36,225 nt of DNA from sequence record SRR31156797_9811; one strand, given 5' to 3'. Position numbers and translations under genes: made by a program. The stretch's first letter is position 1. Each line of letters starts with the position of its first letter. Of this stretch, positions 9,736-18,434 are shown piece after piece. The notes beneath the pieces were generated by a model. That model had not been told where the DNA came from. It saw nothing but the letters and a program-made list of their open reading frames with translations, and ran no database searches.

Positions 9736-11910
9736 TTATTTTCCCTTTTCGGAGTGATGGAGTTCTTCCATAAGGTCTCTCGATAATTGCAGGGAATGTT
9801 TTCCCGCCAGCTTGTAGCTTGCTGCAGCCCGTTTGAGATTGTCCATATCCGTGAAGTAATCTCCTTGGGACATGAGAAATAATGCCTGCACCTTTCTGCG
9901 TATGAAATTTTGTTCTTCCTTAATGGTATTGGAGATGAAATCAGGGAGTTCCTTTCGTAATATCCGGCACACATTGGCCAGATAGCGGCGACGACTTGAG
10001 GTATTTAGATTGGTTATCTGTCCTAATCCTGTTGTTCCGGGAGATTGGCGAAAGAATCGTTCTGCCGTCAGCGAAGTGATATGGTACGGATCAGTACGCA
10101 TGGAGAGTCTTCTCCAAAAGTCGAAATCTACAAGGACTTCCAGAGAGGCATCCATTCCGCCTGTCTGTTCAAAAAGAGCACGAGTATGGACAACGGTTAT
10201 GCCCGGAATACAGTTGCATTCCAAGAGATCGCGGAAAGATACCTGTGGAGTATGTAGGGGGCGGCTGCGAACTTTTCTCCAGCTTTTTTCCTGTTGTTCA
10301 AGCGTGGTTTCGATCATATCCGAATAAGTCATATCCACTTGCGGCAGGTTGCGCAGGAAGAACAGGGCGTGTTCCAAGTGGTTTGGAAGCCAGATATCGT
10401 CGTCATCAAGGTAGGCAATATAACTGCCGGACGAAAGGGAAAAGGCAGTGTTTATGGCGTGTCCTTTCGAACAATGCTTTTCGTCGTGGTAGATAATCCG
10501 ACTGTCATTGTAGCCGCTCACAATATCGGCTGCACTTTCCCCGCCATCGTTGACGATGATCAGTTCCCACGAGTCGTGAGTTTGGCTTCTCACCGAGTCT
10601 ACGGCGGAGGAGATCAACTCCTTTCGATTGTATGTTGCCATGAGGATCGACACCTTTTTCGGGCCAGTCGTTGAGATCTTTCCGCTCGGCGGAGTCTTTG
10701 ACAATCGGACCATGGCGGATTCCAAGGCCGCGAGTTCAGAAGAGGAGCCCGTTGTCCTGTCAGAAATGGGTATGATTTCCGTATGAGTACACACGGTTTT
10801 CAGTGAAGATTCCATGGCTGTTGGGCAGACAATTAGTGAATATTGTTTCAGATCTCCAGAAGCGAGTTCTTTTTCGTTTTCTACCCAGAGGACGTTTTGG
10901 GAATAGGGTTTGGTTTTGTATCGGGTTCTGCCGACAAAGACTACGGTGATATCCACATCAAGATCGTCACGCCCCCATTCATCATTGAAATCTATGCGAC
11001 AGAAATGACCCATTTGGCTGAATTTTGCGGCAAGAGCTTCGGCCTTGAGTGTGTTGGCATCCGGCTCAGCTCTATGGTCGAGAGCCGGGATTTTGATAGC
11101 TATGGACAGTGGGTGGTCTGGTGTTTTGCGTTTGGACTCAAGAAAGGCGTAATTGAAATCATCTTGCGTCAACTTGTTGTACCAACGAAGATATGTGCGT
11201 TCCGTGTTGGCCTGACAGTGCTCGAATCGACCTTCACTCTGACTTTCGAAATGGGTGACCTTGCACTCGGGGCGATAAATGATTTTTTGGTGATTTTCAT
11301 GATAGCGCAGGCATAAATCTACATCCTCATGACCATTGATATAGCCTTCGTCAAAGCCGTCCATGCTCAGAAATTCTGTTTTGCGGACCGCCATACATGC
11401 GCCTGTGACTATGCGATATTCCCGACGTTCGGAAACCATCGGGTCATCGGGGCTGGCTGTATAAAAAATATGATACGGAATCCGATTTCGCCCGATGACC
11501 ACCCCGGCATGTTGGACCGTTCCGTCCGCATAGAGAAGGCAGCCTCCAACCACTCCGGTGTCTCTGTTCGAATTCAACTCATCAACAAGGGGTGTAAGCC
11601 AGTTCTCATGAACTTGCGTGTCGTTGTTCAGGAAAACGACATACTCTCCTTTGCTGGCTTGAGCTCCTTGGTTGCAGGCTCGGGCAAATCCGATATTTTG
11701 TTCGTTGCGGATTGCGTTGACAGGCGGGGATTGAGTCTGCGGGAGCTTTGAAAGGAATTCGGGAGTTCCATCAGTGGAAGCATTGTCCACAAAGATGATT
11801 TCATAGGGAAAGGGCGTGCCTGTATGCTTCAGAATGGCATTCCAGCATTGCTCGGTGAGTTCCACCCGATTGAAGAGAGGGATAACGATGCTTACTGTGC
11901 ATTTGGCGAT
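9736..11910 (-). CDS. Multidomain glycosyltransferase: GT2, degenerate middle domain, second GT2, TPR-like tail
   Basis: Two GT-A domains (VSIVIPLFNR...VDNASTDGT...FLNND; VSILMATYNR...VNDGG...YLDDDD). The frame stays open upstream of the GTG at 11865 to an ATC at 11910 preceded by GAGGG; start uncertain. Confidence 0.88.
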   Translation of the reverse strand: MAKCTVSIVIPLFNRVELTEQCWNAILKHTGTPFPYEIIFVDNASTDGTPEFLSKLPQTQSPPVNAIRNEQNIGFARACNQGAQASKGEYVVFLNNDTQVHENWLTPLVDELNSNRDTGVVGGCLLYADGTVQHAGVVIGRNRIPYHIFYTASPDDPMVSERREYRIVTGACMAVRKTEFLSMDGFDEGYINGHEDVDLCLRYHENHQKIIYRPECKVTHFESQSEGRFEHCQANTERTYLRWYNKLTQDDFNYAFLESKRKTPDHPLSIAIKIPALDHRAEPDANTLKAEALAAKFSQMGHFCRIDFNDEWGRDDLDVDITVVFVGRTRYKTKPYSQNVLWVENEKELASGDLKQYSLIVCPTAMESSLKTVCTHTEIIPISDRTTGSSSELAALESAMVRLSKTPPSGKISTTGPKKVSILMATYNRKELISSAVDSVRSQTHDSWELIIVNDGGESAADIVSGYNDSRIIYHDEKHCSKGHAINTAFSLSSGSYIAYLDDDDIWLPNHLEHALFFLRNLPQVDMTYSDMIETTLEQQEKSWRKVRSRPLHTPQVSFRDLLECNCIPGITVVHTRALFEQTGGMDASLEVLVDFDFWRRLSMRTDPYHITSLTAERFFRQSPGTTGLGQITNLNTSSRRRYLANVCRILRKELPDFISNTIKEEQNFIRRKVQALFLMSQGDYFTDMDNLKRAAASYKLAGKHSLQLSRDLMEELHHSEKGK

Positions 11911-12093
11911 TGGAATACCCTCATCGTGTTAAGATGGAAAAAACAGTATGAAGCGGCCAGATGGGGCGTAGTACAAAAAAACCCACTAGAATTGTCGATA
12001 CATAAGCATCGAATGTTAGTCAAATTGCTCCCAGTTTCAGCGCATGGTTTGTTCTTTTTCGTGGCCTGGGGCGTGTTTTTCCGGAGTAAGAGG

Positions 12094-12109
12094 TGGAACA
12101 CTTTTTGTA
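12094..12109 (+). promoter_or_regulatory. Candidate sigma54-like promoter for the rightward glycan operon
   Basis: TGGAACACTTTTTGTA: good -24 box and spacing, but GT instead of GC at -12. Confidence 0.25.
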
Positions 12110-12260
12110 GTACAACTTTTTGGGCGTTGAATTATTGTTATAAGAAAATATTTCAGCCTCGACTCTCTGTGACCTTTCGCTTATGAACAAAGGCGATGGT
12201 TTTCCTCCTTTTGAGGAGACTGTATAGCTTGATAAAATCAATGGAATCAAAGGTGTTAAT

Positions 12261-13850
12261 ATGAGCAAAGAGTACCCTCGCCTCGCTTTGATTGGAGCCG
12301 GATATTGGGGAAAAAATCTCATCAGAAATTTTCATAGCCTCGATTGTCTTGATCTGATCTGTGATAGGAGTGCGGAACATCTTGCCCTTTTTCAGAAGCA
12401 GTATCCTGGTTTGGAAGCCTGTCAGACATTGAGAGAAGTGCTTGAGCGTGATGACATTGATGCTGTCGCCATTTCTACTCCGGCCGAGTTTCATTTTGAA
12501 CAGGCCCGTGAAGTGCTTTTGGCTGGTAAGCATGTGTTTGTGGAAAAGCCGTTGGCCTTGAAGGATTCCGATGCTGCCATCTTGATTGAGTTGGCCAGAG
12601 AACGGGGATTGACGTTGATGGTTGGTCATCTGCTTCAATATCATTCTGTTTTCCGGGCACTCAAAAATTTGGTGGCACACGGTGAACTCGGCCGTATTAA
12701 TTATATTTATTCAAATCGCCTTAATCTAGGTAAAATCAGACGCGAGGAGAATATCCTCTGGTCTTTCGCGCCCCATGATATTTCCATGATTCTCTCTTTG
12801 GCAGGAGAGGCCCCCGATTCCATCATGGCTACGGGTGGTAATTTCCTTCATCGTGAGATCGCTGACGTGACCACGACTCATCTGACTTTTCCGTCCGGGA
12901 TGCAGGCACATTTGTTCGTATCCTGGCTGCACCCGTACAAAGAACAGAAATTGGTCGTGGTCGGTGAAAAGAAAATGGCTCTTTTTGACGATACAAAGCC
13001 GTGGGGTGAAAAGTTGTTGTTGTATCCGCACACGATCAGCTGGGAAAATAATATCCCAGTTCCAGATCAGGCCGAGGCCCAGAAGGTTGAGGTCTCGGAA
13101 AGTGAGCCGCTGCGTGCCGAGTGCGAGCATTTTTTGGAGTGTGTAGCTCAAGGCAAGGTGCCGCTGACGGACGGAGAAGAAGCCCTTCGGGTTTTGAGTG
13201 TGTTGAACAGTGCGCAGGAGTCCATGAATCAGGGTGGGAAGAAAGTTTTTCCTGAATCAGTTGCAGGACAATCTCCCTCGGCTGATGCAAGGGTACATCC
13301 TTCGGCCTGCATAGATGAAGACGTGACTATTGGCTCCGGCACCCGCGTTTGGCATTTTAGTCATGTGTTGAAAGCGAGTTCCATCGGTGCCAACTGCAAT
13401 GTCGGGCAGAATGTCGTCATTGGTCCCCGTGTGCAGATTGGTGATGGATGCAAGATTCAAAATAATGTTTCGGTCTACGAAGGTGTCACTCTTGAGGACG
13501 ATGTCTTTTGTGGTCCGTCCATGGTTTTTACCAATGTGATCAATCCCAGATGTCATATTCCGCGACTCTCGGAGATTAAGCCAACGTTGGTTCGCAAGGG
13601 GGCCACCCTCGGCGCCAATTGTACCATTGTTTGCGGTCACATTCTCGGTGAATACGCTTTTGTCGGAGCAGGTGCAGTGGTAACGCAGGACGTTCCCGCT
13701 CATGGTATGATGGTGGGCAATCCTGCTGTTTTGAAAGGGTGGATGTGCAAGTGCGGGACGCGTCTTTCTTCCGACTTCAACTGCCCGGCCTGTGGTGCTC
13801 AGTATGCAGAAAAAGGAACGGGACTTCATCAAGTGGAGAAATTGTCGTGA
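12261..13850 (+). CDS. Fused Gfo/Idh/MocA sugar 3-dehydrogenase and hexapeptide N-acetyltransferase (WbpB-WbpD / WlbA-WlbB-like)
   Basis: LIGAGYWGKNL, GKHVFVEKPLA, LMVGH, SFAPHDIS; then HPSACIDEDVTIGSGTRVWHFSHV...KIQNNVSVYEGVTLEDDVFCGPSMVFTNVINPR and C-terminal CKCG...CPACG zinc ribbon. Confidence 0.9.
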   Translation: MSKEYPRLALIGAGYWGKNLIRNFHSLDCLDLICDRSAEHLALFQKQYPGLEACQTLREVLERDDIDAVAISTPAEFHFEQAREVLLAGKHVFVEKPLALKDSDAAILIELARERGLTLMVGHLLQYHSVFRALKNLVAHGELGRINYIYSNRLNLGKIRREENILWSFAPHDISMILSLAGEAPDSIMATGGNFLHREIADVTTTHLTFPSGMQAHLFVSWLHPYKEQKLVVVGEKKMALFDDTKPWGEKLLLYPHTISWENNIPVPDQAEAQKVEVSESEPLRAECEHFLECVAQGKVPLTDGEEALRVLSVLNSAQESMNQGGKKVFPESVAGQSPSADARVHPSACIDEDVTIGSGTRVWHFSHVLKASSIGANCNVGQNVVIGPRVQIGDGCKIQNNVSVYEGVTLEDDVFCGPSMVFTNVINPRCHIPRLSEIKPTLVRKGATLGANCTIVCGHILGEYAFVGAGAVVTQDVPAHGMMVGNPAVLKGWMCKCGTRLSSDFNCPACGAQYAEKGTGLHQVEKLS

Positions 13851-13906
13851 CCTTGGAATTGCCTGTTGATGCGGGACTCTTTCCCCGCAGAGTGACCTTG
13901 GAATTG
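13847..13906 (+). repeat. 15-nt direct repeat flanking a short hairpin
   Basis: GTGACCTTGGAATTG at 13847-13861 and 13892-13906, 45 nt apart; TGCGGG-N8-CCCGCA between them. Confidence 0.8.
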
Positions 13907-14770
13907 ACGAATCGCTGCAATTTGAGCTGCACGTTTTGCCCACGGCAATTTATGGAAAAAGACCGTGGGTTCATGGATTTTGAATTGGCTCAAGACTTGA
14001 TCCTTGAAATGAAGGATCATGCACCGGTTACGGTTGTCCCTTTTTTTCGGGGTGAAAGCCTGCTGCATCCTCAATGGTATGATATCCTCCGCCTTATTCA
14101 GGATCATGAAGTCGGAGAGATTCAGTTTACAACCAATGCTTCACTGTTGAACGCGAAAAATAGTGAACGAATTCTTGATCTTGATCTTTCTTTTATTTCG
14201 TTCTCTCTTGATACTTTAGACCCTGTTCTTTATGCCGCCAGTCGTCGAGGAGCAGATCTCGACAAGGTAACGAACAATGTTTTGAAGTTTTTGAAAATGA
14301 GAGACGAGTGTGGTTCTAGTACTCAGGTACAGGTCAGCGCGGTGGAAACGCAGGCGCACAAGGTCGGCATGGATGCGTTCGTGAAATACTGGCGTGAAAA
14401 AGTGGACCGGGTGCGTGTCTATGCGGAACATTCTTCCGATGGTCATCCAGGAAGTATTGACGAGGAACTGCCAACGTTTGAAAAGCGTTTGCCATGTCAT
14501 AAACCGTTTAGTGACATGGTTGTATATTGGAATGGACAGACGGCCTGCTGCAATCATGATTGGACTCGGCTGGTCAACGGTGTCCCGTTAGGCGATGTTG
14601 GCGCCGATGGTATTGCTGCTGTCTGGCAAGGTGAATCATATGCACGGTTGCGCAAAATGCATATGGAGAGTCATCTTAATGGGGTTGTGCCTTGTGATGG
14701 GTGCGATCATTGGAAGATGTATTATATGGAAAATGGTTTTCTTGGTAGAACTTATACCCAAAGAGGGTAA
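13847..14770 (+). CDS. Radical SAM protein with C-terminal SPASM/twitch domain
   Basis: GTG start overlapping the upstream stop (GTGA), GGAG RBS; ELTNRCNLSCTFCP (CxxxCxxC), GESLLHP, FTTNA; CHKPF...CCNHD...CDGC. Confidence 0.92.
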   Translation: MTLELPVDAGLFPRRVTLELTNRCNLSCTFCPRQFMEKDRGFMDFELAQDLILEMKDHAPVTVVPFFRGESLLHPQWYDILRLIQDHEVGEIQFTTNASLLNAKNSERILDLDLSFISFSLDTLDPVLYAASRRGADLDKVTNNVLKFLKMRDECGSSTQVQVSAVETQAHKVGMDAFVKYWREKVDRVRVYAEHSSDGHPGSIDEELPTFEKRLPCHKPFSDMVVYWNGQTACCNHDWTRLVNGVPLGDVGADGIAAVWQGESYARLRKMHMESHLNGVVPCDGCDHWKMYYMENGFLGRTYTQRG

Positions 14771-14775
14771 CTCCA

Positions 14776-15882
14776 GTGTTTAGAATTCCTCTTATTAAGC
14801 CGTTTGTGCCTGATGAACTCAAGGAAAAGGTGTTTGGCGTACTTGAATCAGGCTATCTTACGGAAGGCCCGGTTACCCGAGAGTTTGAGAAGGGGATCGC
14901 CGAAAAGGTCGGTGCGAAACATTGTCTTGCCGTCACATCCTGCACGACCGGATTGGAATTGGCTTTAAGGGCTATTGGTGTTGGGCCGGGCGATGAAGTC
15001 ATTGTCCCGGATTACACTTATCCGGCTACTGCGAGTGTGGTGAATATTGTTGGAGCGACCTGTGTGATCGTGGATGTTGATCCGCAGACCATGCTCATCG
15101 ACTATGATGCATTGGAGTCGGCAATTACTCCGCTCACCAAGGCCGTGATTCCGGTTTCCCTGTTCGGCAATCCTCTGGATTGGGACAGGTTGAATGTGCT
15201 GAAAAAGGAACACGGACTTTTCATGGTGGAAGACGCCGCGTGTGCCCTTGGCTCTTCGTTCGGGGGAATCAGGACTGGTACCCTGGCTGACATCTCCGTC
15301 TTTAGTCATCATCCTCGCAAATTTATCACCACGGGTGAAGGCGGGACCGTCACTACTGACAATGATGACTGGGCAGAATGGATGGAGTCTTATAAACATT
15401 TTGGTATGCAAGGAAATAGTTCGCGTCTTGGGTGTGAATTTGTTCAAGCCGGAACCAATTATAAACTGAGTGATGTTTTGTCTGGTATAGGTGTTGCACA
15501 ATTACGGCATATGGACGAACTTTTGACGGAACGACGGGCTTTGGCGACGTTTTATTCGGAAAATTTTGCAGGGTGTGAAACCGTTCAATTGCCAAAAATC
15601 ACTCAGTCGGGTGAGCATTCCTGGCAAACCATGTGTGTTTTCGTGAAGGATAGGAACCGCGTCATGGAAGAAATGCGCAATCAGGGAATCGAGGTTCAGA
15701 TAGGGACGTATTCGTTGAGTATGCACCGGGCGTTTAATCAGAACCCGGATTGTCGAATAATGGGCGATATGGCGGGGAGTTTATATGCATTTAATCACGC
15801 TTTGGCATTGCCGCTTTACCACGGCATGACAGAGGCTGAACAGGTTGAAGTGATTGATATGCTCAAGGATGTCGTTGGGTGA
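14776..15882 (+). CDS. DegT/DnrJ/EryC1/StrS PLP-dependent sugar aminotransferase
   Basis: SCTTGLELAL, GPGDEVIVP, VEDAACALG, FSHHPRKFITTGEGG (PLP lysine), GTNYKL, LALPLYHGM. Confidence 0.95.
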   Translation: MFRIPLIKPFVPDELKEKVFGVLESGYLTEGPVTREFEKGIAEKVGAKHCLAVTSCTTGLELALRAIGVGPGDEVIVPDYTYPATASVVNIVGATCVIVDVDPQTMLIDYDALESAITPLTKAVIPVSLFGNPLDWDRLNVLKKEHGLFMVEDAACALGSSFGGIRTGTLADISVFSHHPRKFITTGEGGTVTTDNDDWAEWMESYKHFGMQGNSSRLGCEFVQAGTNYKLSDVLSGIGVAQLRHMDELLTERRALATFYSENFAGCETVQLPKITQSGEHSWQTMCVFVKDRNRVMEEMRNQGIEVQIGTYSLSMHRAFNQNPDCRIMGDMAGSLYAFNHALALPLYHGMTEAEQVEVIDMLKDVVG

Positions 15883-15976
15883 ATTGTGGGCAGGGTTGAT
15901 AGGACGGACGTATGCTTCAGTGATTCGAACCATGTATGGGAAGCCTCTCCCAAGTAAGTGAAGTAGGTATGTTTTT

Positions 15977-17866
15977 ATGTGCGGCATTTGTGGACTGTTG
16001 AATTTTTCGAGTGAGCGCCCTGACGTAGCAACTCTTCGTGCCATGACCGATGCCATCAGGCATCGCGGTCCTGACGGAGAGGGCTTTTACGTTGATGGGC
16101 CGGTCGGTTTTGGCCATCGGCGTCTCGCTATCATTGACCTGTCGGAAGCAGCAGCACAGCCCATGGTCTCCGAAGATGGACGGTATGTTCTCACTTATAA
16201 TGGTGAGGTCTACAATTTTCAGGAGTTGCGAAAAGAGCTGCGTGATCTTGGATATGGCTTTCGATCGACCTCGGATACTGAAGTTATTCTCACAGCATAT
16301 CAGCATTGGGGCAAGGCATGTGTAGAGCGTTTTAACGGTATGTTCGCCTTCGCCATATGGGACACGCGGAAGCAGGAGTTGTTTCTTGCGCGTGATCGCT
16401 ATGGCATTAAGCCGCTGTATTATGCCTTTTTTGGCAATACGTTTCTTTTTGGTTCGGAACAGAAGGCCATACTTGCTCACCCCGCAGTACGCCGTGAGAT
16501 GGACCACGAGGCCCTACTTGAATATTTTACCTTTCAGAATTTTTTTACGAATCGGACGTTACTGAAAGGAGTCACGACATTTCCGGCTGGATGGACGGCC
16601 ACGCTTTTGCCGACTGGTAGCCGTGAACTTCAGATGCATCAGTATTGGGATTATGATTTTTCTGAGCCGGAACACCCGCTGACCGAAGCCGAGTATCTCG
16701 AAGAATTGGACATGCTTCTTGAGCAGGCCGTCAAGCGTCAGATGGTGAGTGATGTTGAGATTGGGGCCTACCTTTCAGGCGGTATTGATTCCGGGACTAT
16801 TTCTGCTCTTGCCGCGCAATCAAATCCATATATCAAGAGTTTTACATGCGGCTTTGACCTTCATTCTTCCACGGGTTTGGAGGCCGGGTTTGATGAGCGG
16901 GAAAGGGCTGAGTTGATGTCGTATTTGTTCAAGACTGAACATTACGAGATGGTCCTCAAGGCTGGTGATATGGAGCGGTGCCTTCCCCGGTTGGCCTACC
17001 ATCTGGAAGAGCCGCGAGTTGGCCAGAGTTATCCCAATTATTATATCGCCCAGTTGGCCTCGAAGTTCGTCAAGGTCGTCCTTGGCGGAGCCGGTGGCGA
17101 TGAATTTTTTGGGGGATACCCGTGGCGGTACTATCGAGCTGTGACGTGTTCGAATTTTGAGGATTACATCGACAAATATTATGTCTTTTGGCAGCGCCTC
17201 ATCCCCAATGAGAAGATTCAGAAGGTGTTTGCCCCTATTTGGGGTGATGTGAGTCATGTCTGGACACGGGATATTTTTAGTAAAGTCTTCGGCGATCGAA
17301 ATGTCGCCCCGAGTTCTTCCGAGCAGTTTATCAACAATTCTTTATACTTTGAGGCCAAGACTTTTCTCCATGGTTTGCTCGTTGTCAAAGACAAGTTGTC
17401 CATGGCGCATTCACTTGAAGCGCGGGTGCCGTTCCTCGATAATGATTTGGTGGATTTTGCTATGCATCTGCCGGTCAGGACGAAGCTCGGCAACCTGAAT
17501 GAAGTCATCAGGATCAACGAAAACGAATCAAAATCAAAGGTCAATAAGTACTATCAAAAGACTCGTGATGGAAAATTGATTTTGCGCAAAGCTGCCGCAA
17601 AGTATGTCCCGGAAGGAATCTCCACGGGAATCAAACAAGGTTTTTCAGCCCCTGATGCGAGTTGGTTTCGAGGCGAGTCTATTAAATTCGTGGCAGATGC
17701 ATTGATCAAGAAAAATGCACGGATTTATGACTATCTCGACAAAGACGTGGTGCAGTCGCTTGTGATGGAACATCTGAGTGGCAAAAAGAATCGGAGATTG
17801 CTCATTTGGTCCCTGCTCAATGTCGAGGAGTGGGTAGGACAATTTTTGGGTGAGGGGGATGCTTGA
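15977..17866 (+). CDS. asnB: AsnB-family glutamine amidotransferase, likely sugar (uronate) amidating
   Basis: N-terminal MCGICG nucleophile, HRGPD, GHRRLAIIDL, NGEVYN, ARDRYGIKPLYY, LSGGIDS, SMAHSLEARVPFLD; operon context. Confidence 0.92.
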   Translation: MCGICGLLNFSSERPDVATLRAMTDAIRHRGPDGEGFYVDGPVGFGHRRLAIIDLSEAAAQPMVSEDGRYVLTYNGEVYNFQELRKELRDLGYGFRSTSDTEVILTAYQHWGKACVERFNGMFAFAIWDTRKQELFLARDRYGIKPLYYAFFGNTFLFGSEQKAILAHPAVRREMDHEALLEYFTFQNFFTNRTLLKGVTTFPAGWTATLLPTGSRELQMHQYWDYDFSEPEHPLTEAEYLEELDMLLEQAVKRQMVSDVEIGAYLSGGIDSGTISALAAQSNPYIKSFTCGFDLHSSTGLEAGFDERERAELMSYLFKTEHYEMVLKAGDMERCLPRLAYHLEEPRVGQSYPNYYIAQLASKFVKVVLGGAGGDEFFGGYPWRYYRAVTCSNFEDYIDKYYVFWQRLIPNEKIQKVFAPIWGDVSHVWTRDIFSKVFGDRNVAPSSSEQFINNSLYFEAKTFLHGLLVVKDKLSMAHSLEARVPFLDNDLVDFAMHLPVRTKLGNLNEVIRINENESKSKVNKYYQKTRDGKLILRKAAAKYVPEGISTGIKQGFSAPDASWFRGESIKFVADALIKKNARIYDYLDKDVVQSLVMEHLSGKKNRRLLIWSLLNVEEWVGQFLGEGDA

Positions 17867-18434
17867 GATGAATGAGAATGAGAATTTTATAGCCAGATTG
17901 AAAAAGTGCTACCTCGTAGCCGACATGAAGATGCAGGAAAGGTTCCGCAGAAGCCTGCCATTTGCCGATGCCCTTTTCGATCGGTGGGAACGGGCAGAAA
18001 TGTTGGGGTTTGGGAAAGGGACCAGCATCTATAATTCTTCGCTTGTGTTTGGTGATGTGAAGGTCGGCGAGAATGTTTGGATTGGACCTTTTACCATACT
18101 CGATGCCCATGCCGAAATCATTGAAATCGGCGACAGTTGCAGTATCTCTTCCGGTGTTCACATTTATACGCATGACTCCGTTATCCATGCCCTGTCCGGT
18201 CGGAAAAAACCGCTGCAATCAAGTCCTGTTTCTATCGGGGAGTGTTCCTATATCGGCGCACAATCCATAATCGGTGCCGGTGTTTCCATCGGTAGCCATT
18301 GTGTTGTTGGAGCTAACTCCTTTGTGAATCGAGACGTACCTCCAAAAACCATCGTCGCCGGTTCGCCAGCAAAGAAGATCGGTGTTGTTACAATTGATGG
18401 TGATGATATTAATTTGAAGTACAGTGACAATTGA
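17859..18434 (+). CDS. Hexapeptide-repeat (LbH) acyltransferase
   Basis: ATG 17859 after GAGGGG; VKVGENVWIG, IGDSCSISSGVHIYTHD, IGSHCVVGANSFVNRDVPPKTIVAGSPAK. Confidence 0.9.
   Translation: MLEMNENENFIARLKKCYLVADMKMQERFRRSLPFADALFDRWERAEMLGFGKGTSIYNSSLVFGDVKVGENVWIGPFTILDAHAEIIEIGDSCSISSGVHIYTHDSVIHALSGRKKPLQSSPVSIGECSYIGAQSIIGAGVSIGSHCVVGANSFVNRDVPPKTIVAGSPAKKIGVVTIDGDDINLKYSDN

Noticed and set aside
11824-12322. Short ORFs across the divergent promoter region (11824-12186, 11892-12101, 12020-12322)
   Set aside because: No recognisable motifs, and they overlap the starts of real genes
15883-15976. TGGGA-N6-TCCCA hairpin between the DegT and asnB genes as a terminator or ncRNA
   Set aside because: Only a 5-bp stem and no adjacent U tract
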